Made by a program: the position numbers and the translations under genes. From assembly GCA_051002895.1 (NCBI GenBank), contig JBPCLW010000047.1:2273-66272 (forward strand): a DNA stretch of 64,000 nt. The letters are read 5' to 3'. The notes beneath the pieces are model-generated. The model was not told the DNA's origin, did no database searches, and was given only the letters and a program-made list of their open reading frames with translations. Position 1 is the stretch's first letter; each line of letters opens with the position of its first letter. The DNA is from Candidatus Dormibacteria bacterium (lineage in GTDB: Bacteria; Chloroflexota; Dormibacteria; Aeolococcales; Aeolococcaceae). This document shows, in pieces, positions 9,757-20,187 of this stretch.

Positions 9757-9809
9757 GCCCGAAGTGTATCGGGGGCCCGGTGGCCAGCGCAGCGGCTATT
9801 GTCCCCGCC

Positions 9810-10481
9810 ATGACGTACATCGACGGCGCCATCCTGCTCATCCTGGTTCTCGCCCTGGTCCATGGGTTCTTCCGCGGCCTGATCGTTCCTCTGATCTGCT
9901 GGGCTTTCATCATCGTCGGGGTGGTGGTGGCCTTTTTCCACCCCGGGCTGGCCGCCAAACTGGCCCCCTCACCCATCCTCCGGCCCGTCATCGGCAGCGT
10001 CATCGTGGTCGCCTTCGGGTTCATCGGGCGGCTCGTCGCGCGGGTGGTGGCGCCGCCGATTTACTCGAAGATCCCCCTGCCGCGGAGCTTGGACAAGGTC
10101 GGGGGCGTCGCCGTCGGCGTGTTCGCGTCCAGTCTCAGCATCTTCATGCTGCTCAACAGCATGGTCACCGTTGACCGGGCGCTGACCCCCCTGACCCGGA
10201 GCGATCAGACTTCGGCGGTACAGATCGCGGAGATCCGGCAGACGCTGGCCGAGCATCCCGAACTGGCGAGCATCCTCCCGCCCGACGACCTCGCTGCCGT
10301 TGGGCAGAAACCCGGCCAGAGTGCGGTTCCCAGCAACCAGATCGGTCAGATCAGCTCTGCCCTCGGCACCTGGCAGCAGATCCACAACCAGATGGCGGCG
10401 AGCCGCATCGCCCCGGCCATCTGCGCCATCTTCGATCACATGCCCTTCATCGGTCAGGGGGCGACCTGGCCGGCTCCCTGA
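9810..10481 (+). CDS. cvpA: CvpA family membrane protein (colicin V production protein-like)
   Basis: Four predicted TM helices with a C-terminal soluble tail. ORF track gives 9780; the likely start is the MTYIDGAILL Met at 9810. cvpA is classically linked to purF. Confidence 0.55.
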   Translation: MTYIDGAILLILVLALVHGFFRGLIVPLICWAFIIVGVVVAFFHPGLAAKLAPSPILRPVIGSVIVVAFGFIGRLVARVVAPPIYSKIPLPRSLDKVGGVAVGVFASSLSIFMLLNSMVTVDRALTPLTRSDQTSAVQIAEIRQTLAEHPELASILPPDDLAAVGQKPGQSAVPSNQIGQISSALGTWQQIHNQMAASRIAPAICAIFDHMPFIGQGATWPAP

Positions 10482-10566
10482 TGCTGCACCGGTGGCACTA
10501 TTGGGCGCTGGGTGTCCGTGTCGATCTTCTAGGGTTTGCTCTTGAATCCGAGGGAGGGGTTCGAGT

Positions 10567-11241
10567 GTGAACAATGCTGCCGTCTGGCTACGGACGCTGG
10601 ATTCCATCCTTGCGAAAGAGAGGCCGACCATTGCGGATGTGCCTCTCCCCATGCTGGTCGACGCCGCCGACCGCTTGCAGCGGGCAGCTCTGGCAGCCCG
10701 CGTCGCCGCTGCATCAGCGTGGAAAGCCTGGTGTGACCACGTTGACCTGCCCTACGAGGTGCGCGATGAGAACGTGATGCGCACAGCCGTCGCCGATCTT
10801 CCCGTTTCTCAGCGTGCGGCCGAGCTCGATCTCCGCCAGAAGTTCGCGGTGCACCAGGGGGATTGGCGGGAGCTGGGAGGGAAGACCTCGCACTACTGGA
10901 ACCATTGGAGCGGTACCCGCGGCACGGAGTTGGAGTCTTTCCCCAGCGATGCCGACCTCAATGGCGCGCCGATCGTCACCGACCCGGTCGACATCCCCGA
11001 GTCGCCCGGCCGTCCGGCACACCGCGCGCGCATGAAGTACGCAGCGCATCCTGACGGACTGGTGCTTCAGGTCCAGGGTCTGGGTGCGGACGGTTGGGTC
11101 CCCACCGGGCCGGCGCGGATCATCCCCTCCGCAACTGAACTGCAGCGACCGGTAACCGGCATGCTCCAGTTGGCGGCTCCGGCGTGGCGAGAGTTGGCGG
11201 CACAGTCGTCCCCCCCCGACCACCGGCTGGGAGTGGCGTGA
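10567..11241 (+). CDS. hypothetical protein
   Basis: 224 aa, GTG start per the ORF track, high GC3; no recognisable family. Confidence 0.4.
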   Translation: MNNAAVWLRTLDSILAKERPTIADVPLPMLVDAADRLQRAALAARVAAASAWKAWCDHVDLPYEVRDENVMRTAVADLPVSQRAAELDLRQKFAVHQGDWRELGGKTSHYWNHWSGTRGTELESFPSDADLNGAPIVTDPVDIPESPGRPAHRARMKYAAHPDGLVLQVQGLGADGWVPTGPARIIPSATELQRPVTGMLQLAAPAWRELAAQSSPPDHRLGVA

Positions 11242-11285
11242 TCAGATCAGAGCGGCGGTAGCCTGCTCGCGACGCCTGACTTCCC

Positions 11286-11981
11286 CTACTGCCACTGCTG
11301 GGGAGGCGGTGGTCCCTGGTTGGGATAGTCGGGCTGCTGAGGCGCGCCGTAGCCCGGCGGCGCCTGGGGCGGGTAGCCAGGCTGCTGTGGATAGCCCTGC
11401 TGGGGCGCGCCGTAGCTGCCGCTTCCTGGGGGCAGGGTGCCTGGCGGTGGCGCGCCATACATCATCGGAGTCCCGGCCATGTTTGCGCCGGAGGCCCGAC
11501 CCCTGAAGGCGGCGCGGGCGGCGGCGTCGATGGCCCAGCTGTAGATGATCAGCGCGTTGAGCGCGATCAGGATGATCCCGAAGACGAGGCTACTTCCCCC
11601 CGACGAACTCGTCGTGGTGTAGCCGTTGACGTCGGTCTCGGACGTCACGTGACCGTTTCCAAAGAGGCTGAGGACGCCGAGGATGAGACCGAGGCTGCAG
11701 AGGACGATCCCGGTGATTCTCGGGCCGGCGGTCAACTTGCCGATGGCGACGCCACTCCAGATTCCCAGTACAGCGAGCGCCAGGATGACGAGGGCGACGA
11801 TGATGAACACCGAGGTGACACCGCTGGCAAAGTTGCCTGCGCCGGGAAAGCTGTTTCCCAGGCTGCCAACAAACGCCCCGGCGAGGGCGAGGAGGACGGC
11901 GAGGAGAGCCCAGAGGGCACCCTCGACAATGATGAGAACGCGTCCGACGGTCACCCATGTGGGAACGGGTGGCTGGTACAT
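11286..11981 (-). CDS. polytopic membrane protein with a Pro/Gln/Tyr-rich C-terminal tail
   Basis: 4-5 predicted TM helices, then GAPQQGYPQQPGYPPQAPPGYGAPQQPDYPNQGPPPPQQWQ. ORF track extends to 12008; the likely start is MYQPP at 11981. Confidence 0.5.
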   Translation of the reverse strand: MYQPPVPTWVTVGRVLIIVEGALWALLAVLLALAGAFVGSLGNSFPGAGNFASGVTSVFIIVALVILALAVLGIWSGVAIGKLTAGPRITGIVLCSLGLILGVLSLFGNGHVTSETDVNGYTTTSSSGGSSLVFGIILIALNALIIYSWAIDAAARAAFRGRASGANMAGTPMMYGAPPPGTLPPGSGSYGAPQQGYPQQPGYPPQAPPGYGAPQQPDYPNQGPPPPQQWQ

Positions 11982-12111
11982 AAGTCGACTCTCCCTCAGT
12001 GACGGCAATCGCCGATGTGCGGCGAACTATACGTCGGGAACGGAGCCCGCGACCAAGCCGGCCAAGGCCGGTCACCGACCGATCAGCCGATTCGATTGGT
12101 GCCGCTAGCCG

Positions 12112-12966
12112 TCAGGGCGTGCCCGTGGCCGGCGGGGGGGTTCGCAGCGGCGGAGAGGCCGTTGCCGCGGGAGGAGGCGGAGTCTTGGGCGGGATCGTGG
12201 TCGGTGGGGGCTGGGTATTCGGCCGCGCGGTGGGAGTGGGAGTGGGCGTGGGAGTGGGAGTGGGGCTGGAACTGGGCGTTGGTGATGCCGAACTGGGGTG
12301 GCCCTGGTCGATCACACCGCAGCCGATCCGGCGCCCGGAACCACCGGCAGGATCGGTCCTCTCATCGTCGGCATCGGCGTTAATGATCAAACTCGTGCCC
12401 AGCTCGGTGCCACGCAACGAATTGGGCTTCCCGGAGTCGAGAGTGACCAGATTGGTATCGAAATCGACGGTGGCCCGGCCGTTAGTGCCTACCGGAAGGC
12501 TGGGGAGATCGCCCGCATGCGGTCCCTGAGGATTGGCGAAGCCGTGACGGCGATCGCCGGGATTGAAATGGGCACCAGCGCTGGTGAACTCCGGACCGTC
12601 ACAACGACCCGCGGCATGGATATGGAATCCGTGCACTCCCGGGGGGAGAGCGACAACCTCAGCGTGGACGTGGACGCCGCTGGTGGTCGACGACGAGCCC
12701 GATGACGGCGACCCCGTGCCTGCGCCGCTCGGCGCGGTCGAGGTCGAGGTGGCCGAGCTGGTTCCGGGGCTGAAGCTGGCAGCTGGGCTGGGAGTGAGAG
12801 TGACCCGCGCCACCACGGCTGCAGAGGCATCCTTGATCTCCACAACCGCCTGATTGGATGGTGTACTCGGCGCGGAGGTTGTGGACTGGGTCTGGCCGCA
12901 GCCCGCAACGCCCAGACACGCCAGCGCCGCCAGCGGCAGGAATCTGGCCAGTCGAGCGTTCTTCAT
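12112..12966 (-). CDS. sodC: Cu/Zn superoxide dismutase lipoprotein with Ser/Thr/Pro-rich linker and C-terminal PT-repeat tail
   Basis: Lipobox LGVAGC; Cu/Zn-SOD metal ligands (HVHA, FHIHAAGRCDG, HFNPGDRRHG, HAGDLPSL, GTSLIINADADDERTDPAGGSG, GCGVI). Confidence 0.8.
   Translation of the reverse strand: MKNARLARFLPLAALACLGVAGCGQTQSTTSAPSTPSNQAVVEIKDASAAVVARVTLTPSPAASFSPGTSSATSTSTAPSGAGTGSPSSGSSSTTSGVHVHAEVVALPPGVHGFHIHAAGRCDGPEFTSAGAHFNPGDRRHGFANPQGPHAGDLPSLPVGTNGRATVDFDTNLVTLDSGKPNSLRGTELGTSLIINADADDERTDPAGGSGRRIGCGVIDQGHPSSASPTPSSSPTPTPTPTPTPTARPNTQPPPTTIPPKTPPPPAATASPPLRTPPPATGTP
12230..12265. repeat. (GTGGGA)x6 hexanucleotide microsatellite, encoding PTPTPT on the minus strand inside sodC
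   Basis: Read directly: gtgggagtgggagtgggcgtgggagtgggagtgggg. Confidence 0.8.
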
Positions 12967-13010
12967 GGCTGTGGCCCTTACATACGGCGGTGAGGAAAGC
13001 TGGCAGCAGG

Positions 13011-13016
13011 ATTATA
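13011..13016 (-). promoter_or_regulatory. candidate sigma-70-type -10 hexamer (TATAAT on the minus strand) for sodC
   Basis: Plus strand reads attata, so the minus strand reads a perfect TATAAT ~45 nt upstream of the sodC ATG, which is rare in a 70% GC context. No clear -35 was found. Confidence 0.3.
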
Positions 13017-13047
13017 ACTAGAAAAACCTGCGTGGCGCCACATGACC

Positions 13048-13073
13048 GGCCAGCGGTTCCCGCGCCGCTGGCC
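13048..13073 (-). terminator. GC-rich 9-bp hairpin just downstream of the purF stop (possible terminator or processing site)
   Basis: ggccagcgg-ttcccgcg-ccgctggcc inverted repeat; the T-run (TTTTTC) lies ~20 nt further on rather than adjacent, so not a canonical terminator. Confidence 0.3.
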
Positions 13074-13077
13074 TCGG

Positions 13078-14637
13078 TCAGTGTGTCAGCGGGGTAGCCG
13101 GAGCCCTCTCCATCGCCAACTTGTCCATCTCCCCGAGTTCGGGAACCGCGACTGGGTAGTCCCCGGTGAAGCAGGCAAAGCAGAAGCCGGCACCGCTCGG
13201 CTCACCCATGGAGCGACGGAGGCCACCGATGGAGAGGTAGCGGAGAGAATCGGCACCAACGAGTCTGCCGACCTGGGCCTCGTCGTTCTCCGCGGCGATG
13301 AGCTCGTTGCGTGAGGCGATATCGATGCCCATGAAGCAGGGCCACATGATCGGCGGCGAGGCGATGCGCATGTGAACCTCGGTGGCCCCGGCCCGACGCA
13401 GCTCATCGACGATGCGCTTGCTTGTCGTGCCCCGCACGATGGAATCGTCGACAAGAACAACACGCTTGCCCTCGAGGACGTGGCGCATGGGATTGAACTT
13501 CAGGCGAATGCCGGACTCGCGGAGGCGTTGCGAGGGCTGAATGAAGGTGCGAGTGATGTAGCGCGACTTGATCATGCCCTCGGCAAACGCGGTTCCCGCC
13601 TGATCGGCGAATCCGATTGCCGCCGGCGTCCCCGAGTCCGGCAGGGTGATCACGATGTCGGCATCGACCGGCGACTCCCGGGCGAGCTCGCGTCCCATCT
13701 GGCGGCGAGCCTCATAGAGGGACCGACCCTTCATCACCGAGTCCGGCCGGGCGAAGTAAATGAACTCGAACGAGCACATCGCCCGCGGCTTCTCCTGATG
13801 GGGAATGCACGAACTGCGCATACCGTCCCTGTCGACCGTGATGATCTCGCCGGGTTCGATCTCGGTGATGTAGTTGGCACCGATGACATCCAACGCGCAA
13901 CTCTCGCTGGCGATGACGTAGCCGTTGCCACCGGGGGCGTCGGCATCGCCGTAGCGTCCCAGGCAGAGCGGGCGTATGCCAAGGGGGTCGCGCGCCGCCA
14001 CCAGCGAATCGCGGGTGAGGAACATCAGGCAGTAGGCGCCCTCGACCTGGGGGAGCGCCTTCTGAAGGATCTCCTCCAGAGTGTCGCCAGGTGTGCGGAT
14101 GAGGAGGCGACCGAGCACCTCGGTGTCGCTCGTGGACTCGAAATCGACGTGCTGCTCAACCAGAGCGCTGCGCACCTGCGATGCGTTGACGAGGTTGCCG
14201 TTGTGGGCGAGGACGATGGGCCCGACCTGGGGATGGTCGAAGTGCATTGGCTGAGCATTGGGAAGGCGCGGCGAGCCGGTGGTGCTGTAGCGGGTGTGAC
14301 CGATGGCGACATCGCCGACGAGATCGCCCAGGTTCTCAGCATCGAACACCTGGGAGACGAGGCCCATCTCCTTGTGCATGTGGACGGCCTCGCCATCGCT
14401 CACCGCGATGCCGGCGGACTCCTGGCCCCGGTGCTGGAGGGCATAGAGTCCGAAGTACGTCAGGTTGGCGACGTCCTCGCCGGGAGCGAAGACCCCGAAG
14501 ACGCCGCACTCCTCGTGGAGGGCATCGGCACTGGGATCCCGGCGCGCCCCAGCGTGCCGGCGCACGGCGGACTCCAGATCGGTCTCGGGGCGTAGGGGCA
14601 GAGCTTGGAGAGGTCGGCGCGAGGGCCGATCACTCAT
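13078..14637 (-). CDS. purF: amidophosphoribosyltransferase
   Basis: Short propeptide then CGVFGV (catalytic Cys1), Ntn glutamine amidotransferase and PRTase domains. ORF track extends to 14832; the real ATG (MSDRPSRR) is at 14637, 4 nt after the purL stop. Confidence 0.9.
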   Translation of the reverse strand: MSDRPSRRPLQALPLRPETDLESAVRRHAGARRDPSADALHEECGVFGVFAPGEDVANLTYFGLYALQHRGQESAGIAVSDGEAVHMHKEMGLVSQVFDAENLGDLVGDVAIGHTRYSTTGSPRLPNAQPMHFDHPQVGPIVLAHNGNLVNASQVRSALVEQHVDFESTSDTEVLGRLLIRTPGDTLEEILQKALPQVEGAYCLMFLTRDSLVAARDPLGIRPLCLGRYGDADAPGGNGYVIASESCALDVIGANYITEIEPGEIITVDRDGMRSSCIPHQEKPRAMCSFEFIYFARPDSVMKGRSLYEARRQMGRELARESPVDADIVITLPDSGTPAAIGFADQAGTAFAEGMIKSRYITRTFIQPSQRLRESGIRLKFNPMRHVLEGKRVVLVDDSIVRGTTSKRIVDELRRAGATEVHMRIASPPIMWPCFMGIDIASRNELIAAENDEAQVGRLVGADSLRYLSIGGLRRSMGEPSGAGFCFACFTGDYPVAVPELGEMDKLAMERAPATPLTH

Positions 14638-16864
14638 GGGCGATGAGCGCCGAGTTGTGGGCGCGGCGCGCGTCATCGAGGCGCAACGCGAACGCACCGT
14701 CGACGGTGATGGTGTCGCCGCCGGTGGCACCCAGGCGTCGCAGGGGGACATTGTGGCGGAGGGCCAGTGTCTGGAGTTCCGGCAACACTCTCCTCTCGAC
14801 GCTGATGAGGAACCGTGATTGGCTCTCTCCAAAGAGTATACCGGTCATCTCTTTTTTCTCGAACACGGACATCGATGCCTCACCGAAGGCCTCCTTTCCC
14901 ACCTGGACCCCGCAGTCGCCAAGGAGGGCGCTCTCCACCAGCGCGACGGCCAGACCACCGTCGGCCACGTCGTGGGCGGAGTGGACGAGGCCGGCCTCGA
15001 TGGCCTCGAGGACGCACGTCTGCACTCGCCCCTCCAGGTCGAGGTCGAGGAGCGGCCGAGGGCCGCGATTGGTGCCGGCGGCGAGGCGCTGGTATTCGCT
15101 GCCACCCAGTTCGGAGCCCAGCGGTCCGATGAGGAGGACGTCATCGCCATCCGCCACGAAGCCGGCGAGGGTCCGGTATGCAAGGTCACGACAGTGCCCC
15201 ACCATGCCGATCACCGGCGTCGGCGCGATGCTGATGCCCTCGCTGTCGTTGTAGAGGCTGACATTGCCACTCACGACCGGCACCCCCAGCGCCACGCAGG
15301 CCTCACTCATGCCCGCGATGGCTTCAGCGAGCTGCCAGAACACCTCGGGCTTCTCGGGATTGCCGAAGTTCAGGCAGTTGGTCACCGCCAGCGGTCTCGC
15401 CCCGGTGGCGACGACGTTGCGCGCTGCCTCGGCAACCGCGATTGCCGCACCGCGGCGAGGGTCAAGGACGCCGTGACGGGCGTTACCGTCGGTGCACAGC
15501 GCGATGCCGCCCTGGGTGCCGCGGACGCGCAGCAGGGCGGCGTCACCTCCGGGGAGGACCACGGTGTCATCGCCGACCTGATGGTCGTAGCGTTGGATGA
15601 TCGGCGTGCGACTGCCAATGTTGGGGCTGGCGAGAAGCCGCAGCAGCGCCTCACCATGATTCCAGTCAGCAATGTCGTCCCCGGGATCGGCGGCGAGGAG
15701 CCCATCGATCTCCGCGGGCCGACGTTGTTCTGGATGACGCAGCGGCACCTCGTCGACGAGCATGGCCAGCGGTAGGTCGGAGGCGACATGGTCACCGTCG
15801 CGGACCACCATGCGACCGGTATCAGTGATGCTGCCGATGACGTCGGAGTGCAATCCCCAGCGGTCGAATTCGGCGCGAATCGACGCCCCGTCCTCGGGCC
15901 TGACGACGAGCAGCATGCGCTCCTGCGACTCGCTGAGCATGACCTCGTAGGCGCTCATTCCCGTCTCCCGACGCGACACCCGCTGCACGTCGATGTCGAT
16001 GCCGCAGCCGCCGCGATGGGCGAGCTCCGCGGTGGAGCTCGTGAGCCCGGCAGCACCGAGGTCCTGCATGGCGACCACCCGGGGATCGCCGGCGAGGGCG
16101 ATGCACACCTCCATGAGGCACTTCTCCAGGAAGGGATTGCCCACCTGCACCGCGGGGCGACGCTCGGCACTGGCCTCGGTGAGCTCGACGCTGGCGAAGG
16201 TGGCGCCGTGGATGCCATCGCGCCCGGTGTCGGCGCCAACGAGGAGGACGAGGTTGCCGGAGCCGGCGGCGACAGCGCGGGTGAGCTTGTCGTGCTCGAT
16301 GATGCCAACACACATGGCGTTGACCAGGCAGTTGTATCGGTACGCGCTGTCGAAGTACACCTCGCCACCGACGGTGGGCACGCCGATGCAGTTACCGTAC
16401 CCGCCGATGCCGGCAACGACCCCGTCGAGAAGGCGGCGCTGATTGGCCTCCTCAAAGGGGCCGAAGCGCAGCGAGTCCAGCAACGCCACGGGGCGTGCGC
16501 CCATGGTGAAGACGTCGCGAAGGATGCCGCCGACCCCGGTCGCCGCCCCCTGGTAGGGCTCGATGGCGCTGGGATGGTTGTGAGACTCGATCTTGAACAC
16601 CACGGCGAGCCCGTGACCGATGTCGACGGCGCCGGCATTCTCGCCGGGGCCCTGGAGGACGGACTCGCCACTGGTCGGTAGGCCCTGCAAGAGCGGCTTG
16701 CTCGTCTTGTAGCCGCAGTGTTCGCTCCAGAGCGCGCCGATGATGCCGAGCTCGACGTCGTTTGGCGACCGCTGCAGCATCTCGGCGGCGAGGTCGTACT
16801 CCACACGGGTCAGGGCCACCTCTGCAAGCTGCGCGTCGGAGACCCCCACCGTCGCCGCGTTCAC
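14630..16864 (-). CDS. purL: phosphoribosylformylglycinamidine synthase subunit II
   Basis: 744 aa, PurM-like tandem domains (HNHPSAIEP..., GGVGGI). Confidence 0.9.
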   Translation of the reverse strand: MNAATVGVSDAQLAEVALTRVEYDLAAEMLQRSPNDVELGIIGALWSEHCGYKTSKPLLQGLPTSGESVLQGPGENAGAVDIGHGLAVVFKIESHNHPSAIEPYQGAATGVGGILRDVFTMGARPVALLDSLRFGPFEEANQRRLLDGVVAGIGGYGNCIGVPTVGGEVYFDSAYRYNCLVNAMCVGIIEHDKLTRAVAAGSGNLVLLVGADTGRDGIHGATFASVELTEASAERRPAVQVGNPFLEKCLMEVCIALAGDPRVVAMQDLGAAGLTSSTAELAHRGGCGIDIDVQRVSRRETGMSAYEVMLSESQERMLLVVRPEDGASIRAEFDRWGLHSDVIGSITDTGRMVVRDGDHVASDLPLAMLVDEVPLRHPEQRRPAEIDGLLAADPGDDIADWNHGEALLRLLASPNIGSRTPIIQRYDHQVGDDTVVLPGGDAALLRVRGTQGGIALCTDGNARHGVLDPRRGAAIAVAEAARNVVATGARPLAVTNCLNFGNPEKPEVFWQLAEAIAGMSEACVALGVPVVSGNVSLYNDSEGISIAPTPVIGMVGHCRDLAYRTLAGFVADGDDVLLIGPLGSELGGSEYQRLAAGTNRGPRPLLDLDLEGRVQTCVLEAIEAGLVHSAHDVADGGLAVALVESALLGDCGVQVGKEAFGEASMSVFEKKEMTGILFGESQSRFLISVERRVLPELQTLALRHNVPLRRLGATGGDTITVDGAFALRLDDARRAHNSALIAHE

Positions 16865-17565
16865 GCGAGAGCGCCCTCGCGGTCCAGTGCCCGAGCCACG
16901 CTGGTGAACATGTCCAGGCCGTCAGAACTGCCGAGCAGCGCTTCGCAGGCGCGCTCGGGGTGGGGCATCATGCCGAGCACGTTGCGCTCGGCGTTGACGA
17001 TGCCGGCGATGTCGCGCAGGGAACCGTTGGGGGTGGCGTTGCCAACGGCCCCACCGTCAGCGGACACGTAGCGCAAGAGCACGCGCTTGCCACGCTCCAA
17101 CTCGTCCAGGGTTGGCTCGTCAGCGACGTAGCGACCCTCGCCATGAGACACGGGGATACGCAGGATCTCACCCACGCCGATGCCGCGGGTATAGGCGCTC
17201 TCACTGGTCTCCACGCGGAGATACGCGGTCGCGCAGCGGAACTCCAACGATGCGTTGCGGGTGAGGGCCCCAGGGAGGAGGTGCGCCTCGCAGAGGACCT
17301 GGAATCCGTTGCAGATTCCCCAGACCAGCCCGCCACGCTGGGCGAACTCGACGACCGATGCCATGAGCGGGGAGAAGCGCGCAATGGCGCCGCAACGGAG
17401 ATGGTCGCCGTAGGAGAAACCACCGGGGAGCAGCACACAGTCGACGCCCTGAAGGTCGGTGTCTCGATGCCAGAGGTAGACGCTCTCCTGTCCCGCGCAC
17501 TCCACTGCCCAGGCGCAGTCGCGATCCGACCATGTTCCCGGGAAGACGGCAATGCCAAACCTCAC
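16861..17565 (-). CDS. purQ: phosphoribosylformylglycinamidine synthase subunit I (glutaminase)
   Basis: [11 protein letters not shown]...GGFSYGD...ICNGFQ...HGEGR class-I glutamine amidotransferase motifs; GTG start at 17565 overlapping the purS stop (GTGA). The ORF-track extension to 18384 is spurious. Confidence 0.85.
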   Translation of the reverse strand: MRFGIAVFPGTWSDRDCAWAVECAGQESVYLWHRDTDLQGVDCVLLPGGFSYGDHLRCGAIARFSPLMASVVEFAQRGGLVWGICNGFQVLCEAHLLPGALTRNASLEFRCATAYLRVETSESAYTRGIGVGEILRIPVSHGEGRYVADEPTLDELERGKRVLLRYVSADGGAVGNATPNGSLRDIAGIVNAERNVLGMMPHPERACEALLGSSDGLDMFTSVARALDREGALA

Positions 17566-17825
17566 GCTGTCTCCAGCGCGGCGATGGTGATGCGGTAGTC
17601 CTCGATAACCGGGTTGCGCAGCAGTAGCTCGCACATCTCGGTGATGCGCGCCTGGGCGTGGCCCTCGGACTCCGCGTCGATCTCGACGGCGATGTGTTTG
17701 CCGACACGGACGTCGCCCACCTTGGAGAAGCCGAGATGATGCAGTCCGCCGCGCACGACCAGCCCCTGGGGATCGTTCACCACCGGCTTCAGCGAGACCA
17801 CGACCTCGGCGAGAAAACGGCTCAC
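17562..17825 (-). CDS. purS: phosphoribosylformylglycinamidine synthase subunit PurS
   Basis: 87 aa with the PurS fold signature; 4-nt overlaps with both neighbours. Confidence 0.85.
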   Translation of the reverse strand: MSRFLAEVVVSLKPVVNDPQGLVVRGGLHHLGFSKVGDVRVGKHIAVEIDAESEGHAQARITEMCELLLRNPVIEDYRITIAALETA

Positions 17826-18715
17826 CCACTGTCTCCCAGTTCCAGGCCACAGATTCGCTGGGCGGCCTCGCGGTAACGCTGGGTGGTGGCGGACGCGACA
17901 TCATCGGGCAACGCCGGCCCCGGCTCCTGCTTGTTCCAGTCCAGCGTCTCCAGGTAGTCGCGGACGGGCTGCTTGTCGAGCGACACCGCGGTCTCGCCCT
18001 CTCGCCATTGCCTCGCGTCCCAGAAGCGCGAGGAGTCCGGGGTGAAAATCTCATCGATGAGGGTGAGTTGACCATCGATGAGACCGAACTCGAACTTGGT
18101 GTCGGCGAGGAGTATCTCCCGCGCTGTGCAGTGCCGGCTGGCATGGTGGAAGAGTTGCAGCGATACCGCCTCCAGTTGAGTGGCGAGTTGGGAGCCGTAG
18201 AGATCGGCCAGCGCGGCACGGCTGATGTTGACGTCGTGACCGTCGTCGCTCTTTGTTGCCGGGGTGAAGCGGAACTCCGGCAGCCGCGACGACTCCCGGA
18301 GTCCGGGTGGCAGGGCCTCACCGGCGAGGGTACCCTTCTGCTGATACTCCTTCCATCCCGATCCGGCGAGGTAGCCGCGGACAACGCACTCGATGTCGAT
18401 GCGCTGGGCGCGCCGGCAACGCATCGAGCGCTCGCGCAGTTCCGCCCATGCTTGCGCAGGGATCACGTCATCGCGGTCGGGGAGAAGGTGGTTGGGGCAG
18501 ATCTCCTCGGTTTCTGCGAACCACCACCGGGAGATCTGGGTGAGCACGCGGCCCTTGTCGGGAATCGGTGTGGGCAGCACCACATCGAAGGCTGACAGCC
18601 GGTCGGTCGCCACCATGAGAAGTGCGCCGTCCTCGAGCACAAAAGTGTCGCGGACCTTGCCGCGGCGGAACAATTGGAGTCCCTCGAGGTTTGCCTGCAC
18701 CAGTGTCGTGGTCAT
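17822..18715 (-). CDS. purC: SAICAR synthetase
   Basis: LFRRGKVRDTF...ATDRLSAFD...ADTKFEFG motifs. Confidence 0.9.
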   Translation of the reverse strand: MTTTLVQANLEGLQLFRRGKVRDTFVLEDGALLMVATDRLSAFDVVLPTPIPDKGRVLTQISRWWFAETEEICPNHLLPDRDDVIPAQAWAELRERSMRCRRAQRIDIECVVRGYLAGSGWKEYQQKGTLAGEALPPGLRESSRLPEFRFTPATKSDDGHDVNISRAALADLYGSQLATQLEAVSLQLFHHASRHCTAREILLADTKFEFGLIDGQLTLIDEIFTPDSSRFWDARQWREGETAVSLDKQPVRDYLETLDWNKQEPGPALPDDVASATTQRYREAAQRICGLELGDSG

Positions 18716-20094
18716 GCCATGGTCCCTCCCCCGATACCCGCCTCCACCGCCAGGGTGGGACGATCGTCGGACTCTGTTGTGGCGGCAGCCGCGTGCAGCG
18801 GCAGACCGAGGCGCCGGTAGGTGTCATCGATGTTGTTGAGGTAGGGCGCGATATCGAAGCAGATGTCGAGATGATGGGCGCTCAGCACGGCGACGATGTC
18901 AGGGTCGGCGCGGACGAGCTCCTCGAAGCCCGCCTCACCGCTACGCGCCCGCTCCGCGTGGCGCTGCACCGCCCGGTAGGCATCCTCGCGACTCTGGCGA
19001 CCCTCGACGATCAGAGCGTCGAGCACTCGTGGTGAGCAGGTGATCTTGCCAAGATGCTCGATGTCCCGCCGCATCTTGGCGGTGTCGACGCGTAGCCCCG
19101 CGACCACGCGGGTGCTGAGCTGGAGCATGTAGTCGATGAGCGCACACGCGTCGGGGAGGACGACCCGCTCGGCGGACGAGTGGGAGATGTCGCGTTCGTG
19201 CCAGAGTGCCACCGACTCGAGGCCGACGACTGCATGGCCGCGGAGGATCCGCGCCATCCCGCAGACGCGCTCGCTGAGCACGGGATTGTGCTTGTGGGGC
19301 ATGGCCGAACTGCCCTTCTGGCGTTGGGCGAAGGGTTCCTCGAGCTCGGAGATCTCGGTCTGTTGGAGCAACCGAACCATGGTGGCTACACGCTCGAGGA
19401 CACCCCCAAGAATCGCGATGGCGCAGAGGAACGAGGCGTGACGGTCGCGGGCCAGCACCTGCGTCGCAGTTGCGGCAACCTCGAGTCCGAGGCCACGGCA
19501 GACGTGTTCCTCCACCGCACCGGGCACCGAGGTGTGCGTTCCCACCGGCCCGGTGATCTGTCCCACCGCCACCTCGGCGGCGGCGGCGGCGAGCCGGGTG
19601 CGGCTACGCCGCACCTCGTCGTAGTGGTTGGCGAATTTCACGCCCAGGCTCAGCGGCTCGGCATGGACACCGTGCGTGCGCCCCGGCATGAGGGTCTGGC
19701 GATGCTTGACCGCCAGGCGCTCCAGGGTGTCCTCGAGCGCCCTGGCATCCCCATCGATGAGCGCGGCGGCGTCGCGGAGTTGGGTGGCCAGTGCTGTGTC
19801 GACGATGTCCGACGACGTCAATCCGAGGTGGAGGTGACGCGCCTCCTCGCCGGCGGATTCCTGGATCTGCGAGACGAATGCGGCAACATCGTGCCCCTGC
19901 TCTGCCTCCAGTTCGGCGATCCGCTCGGCATCGAGGCGAATCCGGGCGCGCAGCGCCGGCGCGGCGGTGGTGGGGATCCGCCCGATCGCGCCCCAACCCT
20001 CGACGGCGAGAAGTTCGACCTCGAGCCAGCGCTGCAACCGCGACGCGTCGCTGAAGATCGCGGCTATCGCTGCCGGGGTGTAGCGCGAGATCAC
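18712..20094 (-). CDS. purB: adenylosuccinate lyase
   Basis: ISRYTP...SSAMPHKHNP fumarate-lyase signature. GTG start at 20094 (VISRYT); the ORF-track extension up to 21093 is antisense to the GDPD gene and is rejected. Confidence 0.85.
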   Translation of the reverse strand: MISRYTPAAIAAIFSDASRLQRWLEVELLAVEGWGAIGRIPTTAAPALRARIRLDAERIAELEAEQGHDVAAFVSQIQESAGEEARHLHLGLTSSDIVDTALATQLRDAAALIDGDARALEDTLERLAVKHRQTLMPGRTHGVHAEPLSLGVKFANHYDEVRRSRTRLAAAAAEVAVGQITGPVGTHTSVPGAVEEHVCRGLGLEVAATATQVLARDRHASFLCAIAILGGVLERVATMVRLLQQTEISELEEPFAQRQKGSSAMPHKHNPVLSERVCGMARILRGHAVVGLESVALWHERDISHSSAERVVLPDACALIDYMLQLSTRVVAGLRVDTAKMRRDIEHLGKITCSPRVLDALIVEGRQSREDAYRAVQRHAERARSGEAGFEELVRADPDIVAVLSAHHLDICFDIAPYLNNIDDTYRRLGLPLHAAAATTESDDRPTLAVEAGIGGGTMA

Positions 20095-20187
20095 GTCCTC
20101 GTATTCTAGCGATCGCCGCCTGGCGACCCGACCACAAGCCACCCACCGACCGGCTAGGCTCGCGTGGCGCGAGAGGGACTGCAGCCA

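Noticed and set aside
6400-9780. ZTP or purine riboswitch upstream of purH, purM or purB
   Set aside because: Intergenic spaces are 0-70 bp, too short, and no conserved ZTP (GGGUCGUGAC...CCGGGCGGA) blocks were seen.
13372-14595. 407-aa plus-strand ORF
   Set aside because: Entirely antisense to purF, which has an unambiguous conserved protein sequence.
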